From Narcine bancroftii (lineage: Eukaryota), in contig NC_091476.1 in assembly GCF_036971445.1 (NCBI RefSeq), positions 27,962,001-28,026,000 on the forward strand: a stretch of 64,000 nucleotides of DNA. Direction: 5' to 3'. Every line of letters begins with the position of its first letter. Position 1 is the stretch's first letter. Below are positions 54,293 through 64,000 of the stretch, piece after piece. Under the pieces are notes generated by a model. The model was given only the letters and a program-made list of their open reading frames with translations, searched no databases and was not told the origin of the DNA. The position numbers and the translations under genes were made by a program.

Positions 54293-55644
54293 GTAAATTG
54301 CACTTAAATTCTCTCGAGGTAGATCTTTGGAATCCCATTTCATTTTCATTTCTCAATATTATCTAAGATTGGAACTCAATTATAAAGAAGATTGCAATGA
54401 TCAGAACATTAATATAATGGATTGTATTTGACTATTTTACTTTGTTGGCTTGATTGTTTAATTGAGGACACTGTAAAGATTTTGTTTATTGCTCCTTTTA
54501 TTTTTAGCAATGTTCTTCAAACAAATCGTCACATTTTTGAAATTCTCTTTTTCCAATATTTATTTTGGGAGTCGCAGTTTTGTTTGAACCCTAATCTTTA
54601 TTTTAAGCTTACTTAATGTGCAAGCCTATTTGACAATGGTGAAAATCACAACCTTGCCTGACTCTGTCCTTACTCAACATCCAATAGCATTAATGGAAAC
54701 AGATCAAGAATAACATTTTCTTCCCCTTAACAATAGTTATATAGGCCATATAATTTGCTCTGCTAAAGGAACATTTATTTTTTCAGGAATATTTTTGTTT
54801 TTTCAAAAAATATACATAGTAAGATTTTAAATGAATTAAACTTTTTCTCACAAACATATCAAACAAAAACAAAACAGTCCCTCCCTCCCTCCTCCCCTTC
54901 CATACATACAGATCCATTCACCTTCAAGAGCTTGCATATATTTTAAGTCCATAGAGAACAGTTGGGGAAACTGTTCTTGTATAATTTCTTTTATGTTCCT
55001 TTTTATTACTGTATCTGGGCCATCTCAGGAACATTTATTGAAAATTTGTGAAATCTGAATCACATCAGAAGAATTTGAAACATGGTTAATATAAAGCTTA
55101 GTTGCACTTTAACAAATCCAGAGCATGGCAGAATTAAGTACACGGGGAGTAGACTTTAACTTTACCCAGTGATGTAAAATTAGCAGGCCCATTTTACTGA
55201 TTTTTGACTATTCCTGTTAACATGAACTGACCAGAAGAAATAAAAAAAAAAGACAGGTAAGACACTTATCTAATGCAGTTAATTTAGATAAAATCAGAAG
55301 TTAACATTTTTATTATAAAAATAAAATATTACCAATGCAAGAACTTTTAATAATAATAAAACAAAAATCAGGAACTACTCATTAGATGTACCACATCTGA
55401 GAAGAATGGAACAGAATAAATGCTACTTTTCAATGAATGTTACCTTTCATCTGAACTGAACATTAATATTAGCCAGTTGATGATTTTGTCCAATGTTTGA
55501 TGGATCCTGAGATGTAGTAACCTGACTAAGGTTAAACTAAGTGGTAATGGAGCTCTTTTTTCAGCAAAATGTTACTTTTAATTCACATATTTGAAGGTTT
55601 TGTGCTTGTCTGAGTGTAATATTTCCATTCTGTGCTTTTGTAAT

Positions 55645-55862
55645 GGTTGTAGTGGTTAGGGCAACGTATAACAGTGCCAGCAAACCAGGTTCAAATCCAG
55701 AACTATCTGTAAGGAGTTTGTACCTTCTCCCTATGTCTGTGTGGGCTTCCTCCACGTGCTCCTACTCTTCAAAAGGGTATGGGGTTTGTAAGTTAATTGG
55801 TGTATGTGGTGGCATGGGCTCATGGGCCAGAAGGGCCTGTTACCATGCTTTATGTCTAAATT
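55645..55862 (+). mobile_element. V-SINE (HE1-like)
   Basis: A-box-like tggttgtagtgg, B box ggttcaaatcc, ggagtttgtaccttctccc core. Confidence 0.7.
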
Positions 55863-56018
55863 TAAAAAGAAATGTCACCCAAAACCTAAAACGTGTTATG
55901 GTGAGCCTTCTCCACTCTGACACTTTGATCCTATGATAGCAGAGAATGGAGGCTGAACCATCTATTTTTACCCTTCCATTTGTTTTTAATGCCATCATTT
56001 CCTTTAACTTCCTTACAG

Positions 56019-56094
56019 TTATTCGCCTCCCTGGAGACCCTGGGTAATGACATCTGGAGACATGGAGAGACAGAGATGCAGAAGACAAAACTCG
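56019..56094 (+). CDS. RIPPLY1: Ripply-family exon 2 (76 bp) with WRPW Groucho/TLE-binding motif
   Basis: Strong acceptor tttcctttaacttccttacag and donor TCG/GTAAAT; YSPPWRPWVMTSGDMERQRCRRQNS resembles Ripply WRPW blocks as I recall them (RIPPLY3 PWRPWIQTPGDAE; fish ripply1 WRPW...CRR). The HPVR/FPVQ exons are not in the window; paralogue identity is inferred. Confidence 0.75.
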
Positions 56095-56499
56095 GTAAAT
56101 GATTATTTACTCACTGCATAGGCCGTTGGAATCTAAAATTCACTGCCTTTGAGAGGGAATTGATTAAATATACGGTGGAGAAAAATTTGCTAGGCCATGG
56201 AGTAAGAGCCAATGGATGGAGTCATTGTTGCTGTGGTGGTGAGCTAGCATAAATATGATAGTCTAAATGGATTCATTCTGTGCTATAACCAGACTATAAA
56301 AATTTACAGTTAATGCCTTTTGCCTTAAGGACTGTGGAATCTACACATCTCTTCTGGCCAAGAGTGATAATTGCAATTCTACATTCGGATCCAGACAGGC
56401 ATGAAAGTTGCAATTCAACAGAAAGGTCCTGGCAGCAGTGAGAGTTGGACTCTGGCAGGAATGGCAATGGCAACACTGCCAATAAGTTCTGGCAGAAAT

Positions 56500-56687
56500 T
56501 GTCACCCTTCAGTGGTAAATCTAGCCAAAGCAAAATAGCACTGCCAGAGAGTAGGAAGAGGAGACGCAGCGCTCCTCCACAGGGTTCTACCACCCAGTCG
56601 AACAACCAACAGCTCGATACAGGCTTTAAATGGCCTGTTAAAGGGGTCAATGGTGATTTGCTTTAAAAAATAATGATTACAAGGTCT
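56500..56687 (+). mobile_element. 5' part of a ~700-bp repeat copy split by the ERV (continues at 62589-63185)
   Basis: taggaagaggagac...aaatggcctgttaaagg aligns with the starts of the 41540 and 51590 copies. Confidence 0.6.
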
Positions 56688-57383
56688 TGTTAGAAATTAA
56701 AGTACCTTTAAAGAAATTGCTCGAGACAAAAATTGAGAACAAAGAACATTTATTACTACAACAATGCAAAGTTGGGTGCTTCCCCTTACCCTGGGAATAC
56801 ACACACACACTGGGGCTCACCCAACTTTTATACAGTTGATTTCAGTGTAGGAATACCCTCCCCCTTACATTCTTCTGCCTCCTGCTGGAGAGGTTTGGCA
56901 TTAGGCAATCCTGCCTGCCTACGTGCAATTTCAGTATACTTGGAGAACCAGGGGGGGGTATCCTGTCGGTGTCCCTTCATGTCATTGTCCTTATTCACAC
57001 CTTCCTGATTCTCGGGGCTACAGTCTCTTGATATGCAGAGTTGACTCATTCTATCTAGGGTTGGCTAATTTCATATGTATAAATCTGTGTATGGTTAGCT
57101 AATTAGAAATGTATGACTTGGTACTTCTGTCCAGGGCTAGGAGACCCTTATCTGATCCAGACTACCTCAACTTCCTACATTCTATTGTACCTTACCATTC
57201 CTTATCTTAGTCTTATGGTCTTGTCACAAAGACTAGAAGATTCTTATGTTAATCGTGCTGACTCTGCTTTCCTGCATCCTAAGCCCCAAGCTTATCCTGT
57301 TTGAACTGGTTACAGCCATTTTACTGATGAACTTTAGTTTCTTCCATGTTCATAATTTTAGGTCAATTTTCCCATCTCTCACA
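56688..57383 (-). repeat. 3' LTR (696 bp)
   Basis: Differs from the 5' LTR at one base that I could find (T57213 vs C62418); minus-strand TATAAAA at 56826-32 and AATAAA at 56749-54. Confidence 0.97.
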
Positions 57384-57384
57384 A

Positions 57385-57400
57385 TCCTCACTTTTCTTTT
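57385..57400 (-). other. Polypurine tract
   Basis: AAAAGAAAAGTGAGGA immediately before the 3' LTR; second copy at about 57488-57503. Confidence 0.85.
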
Positions 57401-57754
57401 AGATCAGTAATACTGATCTTTCACCATGATCAGTGTTACTGATCTTTGGTTACTAGTGTCAGTGTGACTGATCCACCCCCCCCCCTCTCCTCACTTTTCT
57501 TTTAGATCAGTAACACTGATCTTTCAAGTGTAAGGTGTAGTTTTACCCAGCTGGTCAATAACCGAATTGTAATGTCTGTGTAAAGTCTTTAGGTAGGGGA
57601 GCACCATGAAGGTCAGGGGAGTGAGTCCAGCTGCTTATTAGGGTTTGGAGTATCAGGCTCCAGTTCTCAGTAAAGAGTCTAGTCCATCCCATACGTTGAA
57701 ATATTGAAGCAGTGTCTTTGAAGCACACGACCTTTGTAAGTGTTGTCCCGACGA

Positions 57755-57917
57755 AGTCTGTGAGAGGCGCTGCCTTCAGCAGCGAACGAGTAGCAGTCTA
57801 TGAGAAGCGCTGCCTTCAGCAGCGAACGAGTAGCAGTCTATGAGAAGCGCTGCCTTCAGCAGCGAACGAGTAGCAGTCTATGAGAAGCGCTGCCTTCAGC
57901 AGCGAACGAGTAGCAGT
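57755..57917. repeat. 40-bp x4 tandem repeat inside the ERV
   Basis: Unit agtctatgagaagcgctgccttcagcagcgaacgagtagc; units 2-4 identical. Confidence 0.95.
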
Positions 57918-58519
57918 AGTCAGGCGGTTCCGTTGAATTGTGGCTCGTATCTGATGTCCTCTTCAGCCCCGAACCCTAGGGCCACCGATCTCCGAAGGCT
58001 GTTTGGAGCCTGATATTAAAGTGTCAAGCAGCTCACGTTGTTGGAAACTGGTGCTCCCCTTCATGGGGTGATGAAAAGTGACCAAGCAGGGGGGGGATTG
58101 TTTCTTGTGATTTAACTGTGTGTTGCAGCTTGTCTGCTAACATTAGCATATATATCATTGAACTTGTGAGTTGCAGCCTGTCTGTGTACATTAGCATATG
58201 TATTAACTCTCTCTCTCTCTGTTACATGTACAATGCTGACTACCATTCTGTCTGTCTTTGTCCCACCATGTCCTTTGTGCTATCGCTTCAAAACTCCTGT
58301 CTTTAATACCTGTGTAGGCTAAGATACAAATTAGATGTACTCCACTAAAGCTGTTCAGTTCCCCTGGTCCGTATTGGAATCCCTTGTTAACCCATATCCC
58401 ACTATGACTATACATTAAATCTATGCCCTGTCTACATTCTAAAGGAGCACAATTGTAACCTCTGCTGCCCCTATTCCAGGGGGACTTAAAACATTAACGA
58501 ACAATATTCCAAAAAATGA

Positions 58520-58760
58520 GTAAAACAACAATGAAAGTAAAACCCATTGAAAGCAGCAATAAAATATAACAATAACTGAATAAACAACAATAAATGTAAA
58601 GCTCATTGAAAACAGCAATAAAATACACAAAAACTGAATAAACCACGATAAATGTAAAGCTCATTGAAAACAGCAATAAAATACACAAAACTGAATAAAC
58701 CACGATAAATGTAAAGCTCATTGAAAACAGCAATAAAATACACAAAACTGAATAAACCAT
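58520..58760. repeat. 57-bp x~4 tandem repeat inside the ERV
   Basis: ctgaataaac recurs at 58576, 58634, 58691 and 58748. Confidence 0.92.
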
Positions 58761-58786
58761 TAAAAAAAACGAATAAAATTGTAACA

Positions 58787-58945
58787 TTATGGCACTTTGT
58801 CATTAATTCTTTGAATGTGGGTCCAGCCTTTCTCTCTTGTTCTTACTGCGGTGTCTGTAATTAAAAGTACACAGAAGGGACCATCCCAGGCAGGTTTTAG
58901 TTGATCCTCTTGCCATGCTTTTACATATAACCAATCACTAGATTT
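58787..58945 (-). pseudogene. pol: Retroviral integrase C-terminal (GPY/F-type) remnant
   Basis: DWLYVKAWQEDQLKPAWDGPFCVLLITDTAVRTREKGWTHIQRI matches the class I IN C-terminus. Confidence 0.85.
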
Positions 58946-60408
58946 TAATAAAATGAATAACAATCTGACTTTCCTTTGTGTTAGTGTAAAAATTGTAAAA
59001 TGAAACACAAACCATATTTGCATGGGTTTTGAATATGTTAGACCTTATTAAAATGCAGTTGGAGCTGCTTGTCTGTATGGGGCACAACCCTCCAATTTGT
59101 TAGAGTGAGTACATAACAGACATTGCAGCACAAGAGCCCCTGCAAGAGAACTTGAAACATATTCAACCTTTAGTTCTGCCTTAAGTAAAATGCCTTGTGC
59201 CACAGCTCACAGGAGCTGGCCTTATTTAAAACAGTCTGTAAAACAGGCACCAAAAAAAGTTAAAAGATGTTCTTATGAAGATTGCACACACAATAATTTA
59301 AGTACAGGCTAGTTTCTATTATATTCCACTTAAAAGTTCTGCTGCATGAATCCTGGAGCTTGTGGAGTCATTATTGAATCAAGAAATATTGGTACCATGC
59401 CAATCTCATTCTAACATGCCAATTTCTCCAGTCCTTAAGTCAAGATGTACTGAATAGCATCTGGTACAAGATCTGTGAGTTCTTAATGATATTATTATTC
59501 TTATGCACCCAATTGTTCTGAACAATGCCACCAATTTAAATCATATTCCACCTATTGCAGTACTCACACACCACCATAGACCAGTTCGCAGGTTTATTTC
59601 TCCATTAAGCTGAATCCAGTTGCGCAGGATTTACCTCCGTGATTATTTACAATGTAACTTCCGCACTACCGGATTTAAATATAAACCTGATGAATGGGGG
59701 AAAGTTATCATGAATTAAATAACAGCGGCAATACAGAGAAATTGTGCTGAGGCATTAATTTCACTCCGGAGGAAAATGCACCAGAGAAATGAATGATTAA
59801 ACTTATAGGAATCCCCATAGGAATCCCCAGAGGTATCTTTATTCTCCAGAGGTGGGTGATCTTTAAACTCACGGACCTTGACTGCTGAATGTGTAGAAGA
59901 AATGTATTAAATGTGTTGATAGGGCTCCATACCTCTAACTGCAAGACAAGAGCCTGAAGCCTCAATTTCAAGTGCCACAGTGCACTTAAAGGGACATGCA
60001 CACTCCCCCTTCAACTGGCTGATCCAGCCACTTTACACATCAGATCCTTTCTTTATCTCACATACACTTAAAGTTAAGATGTATAGAACTCACCCTATTT
60101 GCGCAAACATTTCTCCCTGCAAATGTTATAACATCACTCAACTCTCAGGTACTCCCTGTGCAAAATCACATTTAAATACAATTTATTTCATAAATTGGAA
60201 TTAACTGGTAGTTAAATTCGCTAATTCTACAGTATTGAAAAACGATCATTTATGACATTTAATTTTTAGCATGAATTTTAATCAATATTGGTCAGTGACT
60301 GAAGTGGGAAGTCGTGATTTATGAAATTATCTCTGGTCTCTACTCTCCCACTCCCTGCACTTCTCCCAACATTCAGGAGCTGGCACACAGTCCCTGCCTT
60401 TTTCCATG

Positions 60409-61507
60409 TTACTCATCTACTATTACTTTAACTGCTTGCATCAAAATGTTAGCCTTTGCTTTCTGCTTATCCTCAGATGTCTGGACAAATGCTTTTTGTG
60501 TGATCTGTAGAAGCTGGGTTATTCCCTGCTCATGCCAATTTTCTGTCTTTTGTAATTTTCTCTTAATGTCTGGGGCTGAGTTGGTAACAAAACCTGTTAG
60601 TACCAATTGTTCCCCTGCTGGGGATTCTATGTCGAGACCCCCATATTGTATATATATATGGTCCCAAAAATTGGTCTAACTGTTCAGCACATCCCTGGGG
60701 ATCTTCTATCAGGGAGGTCAGTTCTTTCTTAAAGTTACACACTTCAGTACTGGTCAGGGGCACATTTACGAAACCGAGACCCTCTCCCATGGGAACTTCC
60801 CACAGTGGTCTCATCCAATTGGTTTCTGGCTTATTAGGTCTGGGTTCCTGCTCCCTGGGAAATGAATCAAAGGGTTCTGCCCTTTCTTCCTGAAGAGTCT
60901 CACGCTGTTCTGAATTAAAGTTACCTCTCTCTCCTGCCAACAGAGGTGGTAATCGAGTGCTTTGTGAGCAAGTTATCATACCACTCCTGCTCTCTTCTCT
61001 CTTCTCTAGTGGTGGGGGAGGTGGGGAAGGTGCAGAAGGGTAGGTCATAGGAGGGGAAGGAAAGATAGGAGCCGGCATAGGAGGAACATAGGGTGGAGGG
61101 AGGGAATGTAACACATCCCAACCCTGTGATTCAGGGACAAGAGGTTCCTCCTCTCTCTTATCCCTGGATTCTTTCTCATTCAAAACCAGCTGTTCAATGG
61201 ATCCCTTGAGCCAGCAGGCTGCATATTCCCTGCTCTCAACATTGTCTTTCTGGTTTTGATAGAGCCATAGGTTCAAAGCTTTACACATCCATTCATCCTC
61301 AGATCCGAATTTTGGCCAGTACACGGAGCTCCCTTTAACCGGGTATTTAACCCATTCAATACAACAATACCTGACCATTGTCAGTTTGTCTTTACCACGG
61401 GTCTTTCCTGTGCCCCACTCAGATAACATCAACCCAAGCGGGCTGTACGTAGCTATCTGGTGGTCACGTCCTGTGTCAGGACTCTCTTTACTGCCCGTTA
61501 TTCCCAT
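60409..61507 (-). pseudogene. gag: ERV gag, internally deleted and frameshifted
   Basis: MGITGS myristoylation signal, WPKFGS matrix motif, PPPY and PSAP late domains, FVNVPLTSTEV capsid start, then FVTNSAPDIKRKLQK in a shifted frame; no nucleocapsid knuckle seen. Confidence 0.88.
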
Positions 61508-61689
61508 GCTTAGAAACAAGTAAAATACCTGACCGTCGTCAGTTTCTCTTTACCACGGGTCTTTCCTGTGCCCCACTCAGATAACATCAACCCAAGCGGG
61601 CTGTACGTAGCTATCTGGTGGTCACGTCCTGTGTCAGGACTCTCATCTCTACTGCCCGCTATTCCCATGCTTAGGAACAAGTAAAATAC
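61371..61689 (-). repeat. Tandem duplication (158/161 bp) of the gag start
   Basis: Units 61371-61528 and 61529-61689 bounded by AATAC microhomology. Confidence 0.92.
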
Positions 61690-61872
61690 TCTTACCGAGT
61701 TCTGGCAGTACTGCTCTAGCGCGCGTCCTTCCGCCGTTTGTTCTCAATGCCTCTTCTCGGATATCACTCGCTTCTTCCACTGACCAGCCACCCGTCGCCC
61801 GTGAGTCCAGCTGAATCAGCCGGGGTGCACCTACTCTCGTCATCGGGGTACTCTGTCAGTGGAGGGAGTGTG

Positions 61873-61890
61873 ATCCCGGACGAGCCCCCA
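61873..61890 (-). other. Primer-binding site, tRNA-Pro
   Basis: TGGGGGCTCGTCCGGGAT, the same 18-mer as the MLV tRNA-Pro PBS, 2 nt after the 5' LTR. Confidence 0.95.
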
Positions 61891-61892
61891 TT

Positions 61893-62588
61893 TGTTAGAA
61901 ATTAAAGTACCTTTAAAGAAATTGCTCGAGACAAAAATTGAGAACAAAGAACATTTATTACTACAACAATGCAAAGTTGGGTGCTTCCCCTTACCCTGGG
62001 AATACACACACACACTGGGGCTCACCCAACTTTTATACAGTTGATTTCAGTGTAGGAATACCCTCCCCCTTACATTCTTCTGCCTCCTGCTGGAGAGGTT
62101 TGGCATTAGGCAATCCTGCCTGCCTACGTGCAATTTCAGTATACTTGGAGAACCAGGGGGGGGTATCCTGTCGGTGTCCCTTCATGTCATTGTCCTTATT
62201 CACACCTTCCTGATTCTCGGGGCTACAGTCTCTTGATATGCAGAGTTGACTCATTCTATCTAGGGTTGGCTAATTTCATATGTATAAATCTGTGTATGGT
62301 TAGCTAATTAGAAATGTATGACTTGGTACTTCTGTCCAGGGCTAGGAGACCCTTATCTGATCCAGACTACCTCAACTTCCTACATTCTATTGTACCTTAC
62401 CATTCCTTATCTTAGTCCTATGGTCTTGTCACAAAGACTAGAAGATTCTTATGTTAATCGTGCTGACTCTGCTTTCCTGCATCCTAAGCCCCAAGCTTAT
62501 CCTGTTTGAACTGGTTACAGCCATTTTACTGATGAACTTTAGTTTCTTCCATGTTCATAATTTTAGGTCAATTTTCCCATCTCTCACA
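61893..62588 (-). repeat. 5' LTR (696 bp)
   Basis: Direct repeat of 56688-57383 at offset 5205. Confidence 0.97.
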
Positions 62589-63185
62589 GTCTGGACCGAG
62601 ATGGTGTTGCCTGTGGGGTTGCATACTCCGGGGGAGCAGAGGACTGGGATACGGCACCAGAAAATGGGGAGAACACCCCTGTTTGAGAGGGAGAAGCTGA
62701 GGAGATGACCCTATGGGATGGGGACCACACCAAATGGCAGTGATGAGTTCTCCGGCTGAAGAACTCACACAGGTGGTGGGCTGTTGGCAACTCAAGGTGA
62801 GGAATCTGTGCAGGCTGAGGACTGCTGATAACTGCGGTCATGGGACTCGAACGAGCTGTGGACTGCTGGAAAATGGCTTGAAGGGGTTTTGGAACAAGGA
62901 TACGCGTGGGTGCTGAAGGATTCCTGATTATGTCAGATGGTTGGATCTGGAGTTCTGGTTGCTGATGGTTTGGATTGAAGTCTGTGTGGCTGCTGAAGTA
63001 TTGGAAGAGAATCCACAGAAACTCAGTTGCTTGGGGGGGGGGGGGGGTGGAGGGAGAAGGGAGGAAGGGGGGGAGGCCTCTTTCTCTTTTGCATCTCTTT
63101 CTCTGACTATAAAGGGTGCCAGGCAATTTGTGCAGATAGTGAATCGGTAAGTTGATTTTCATGCAATCAAATTCAATCTTGAGAT
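62589..63185 (+). mobile_element. 3' part of the ~700-bp repeat copy split by the ERV
   Basis: caccagaaaatggggaga...gagaagctgaggagatgaccc...ggatctggagtt; ends ttcaatcttga. Confidence 0.65.
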
Positions 63186-64000
63186 TGAATTTGGCAAGAG
63201 TGGAAATTGCAATACAAGAGATGGATCCTGAAGGGTGTGGTAATTGCAGAGATTATGTCAGGAGTGGGAATTGGACAGACAGGTCTTAGCAGACGTGGTG
63301 ATAATAATCTTTGGACAGGAACTGGGAGAAATGGTCATTCCTGCTCTACAAGCGAATCCAGGTAGGAGACCTATTTCTAAAGGCAGGATAGCTGGACTGT
63401 TAAAACTAGCCTACCATTAGTGTCGAGATATTTAGGACTTGTTCACAGAGCAGAATTCCCAGATTGCTGGCCAATGTGTGCTGGTGATTTTCCACATGTT
63501 ATCAAATTTCAAAGCATGCATTTACTATAATTCTATAGCAATTACCCGAGGGAACATACCCTCATGCATATGCACAAAATTTGCAACAATCAGCCCATTC
63601 CCTTCAACGAAGAGGAAGTGCTGTAAGTGAGGAAGGTAAGTATAAGGGAACTTATTTTTGCACTGAGTTTGCATCAGTATTTTTTTGTATTTTAGCTTTT
63701 AGCAATATTTACGGTTAAAAAAAAATCATTGCATTGATTTTAATGTTTTTTTTAATGTTCCTGAAGAACATTCAAAATCTTTTAAGGTCGTCAACTGCTA
63801 TGACAGCTGGCAATGTTTAGAAAATTGATTTGCCCCCCCCCCCCCCCCCCCCGATATCCCTCATGAATTACAATGTGAAGTGCCAGATTGAATTTCACAG
63901 TCCTTGCAGAGTTTTTTTGCAAAATATTTTTAGGCTTTCCTTTTAAAATCTTCAGTTTTTCATTGCATCATTCTTAAAACACATTGCTACATGGCCATGT

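Larger units (their letters stand above)
56688..62588 (-). mobile_element. Non-autonomous class I (gamma/epsilon-like) endogenous retrovirus
   Basis: TG...CA LTRs, 4-bp TSD GTCT (56684-87 and 62589-92), tRNA-Pro PBS, PPT, gag remnant, integrase C-terminal remnant; no PR/RT/RNase H motifs seen. Confidence 0.95.

Noticed and set aside
56733-57304. Short ORFs repeated at 61938-62509
   Set aside because: They recur only because the LTRs are duplicated; no protein similarity recognised.
57755-57917. CRISPR-like array of palindromic repeats
   Set aside because: Units are contiguous with no unique spacers, there are no cas genes, and the context is a vertebrate ERV.
63539-63635. Candidate exon with perfect donor AAG/GTAAGT, in phase with Ripply exon 2 (QLPEGTYPHAY...)
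   Set aside because: Lacks the HPVR motif expected in Ripply exon 3; could be a cryptic exon but is unsupported.
45400-64000. ERCC6L expected downstream of RPS4X by human synteny
   Set aside because: No SNF2 helicase motifs or long coding exon found.

Overview
Vertebrate nuclear DNA, most likely a cartilaginous fish (inferred from HE1/V-SINE-like, Penelope and Rex1/Babar-like repeats). Four + strand genes are present: the last four coding exons of HDAC8 (5611-15160), a CITED-family gene, probably CITED1 (CDS 30005-30487), a complete 7-exon RPS4X (38466-45335), and the first two coding exons of a Ripply-family WRPW co-repressor adaptor (54195-56094), which the ORF track misses. Two very young insertions with intact target-site duplications sit antisense inside the developmental genes. 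One is a 5'-truncated L1 ending about 60 bp upstream of the CITED coding-exon acceptor. The other is a 5.9-kb non-autonomous class-I-like endogenous retrovirus (56688-62588) in Ripply intron 2. It has 696-bp LTRs differing at one base, a 4-bp TSD and a tRNA-Pro PBS, a deleted gag, an integrase tail only, and several tandem and hairpin arrays. All alignments were done by eye; old-repeat boundaries are approximate.
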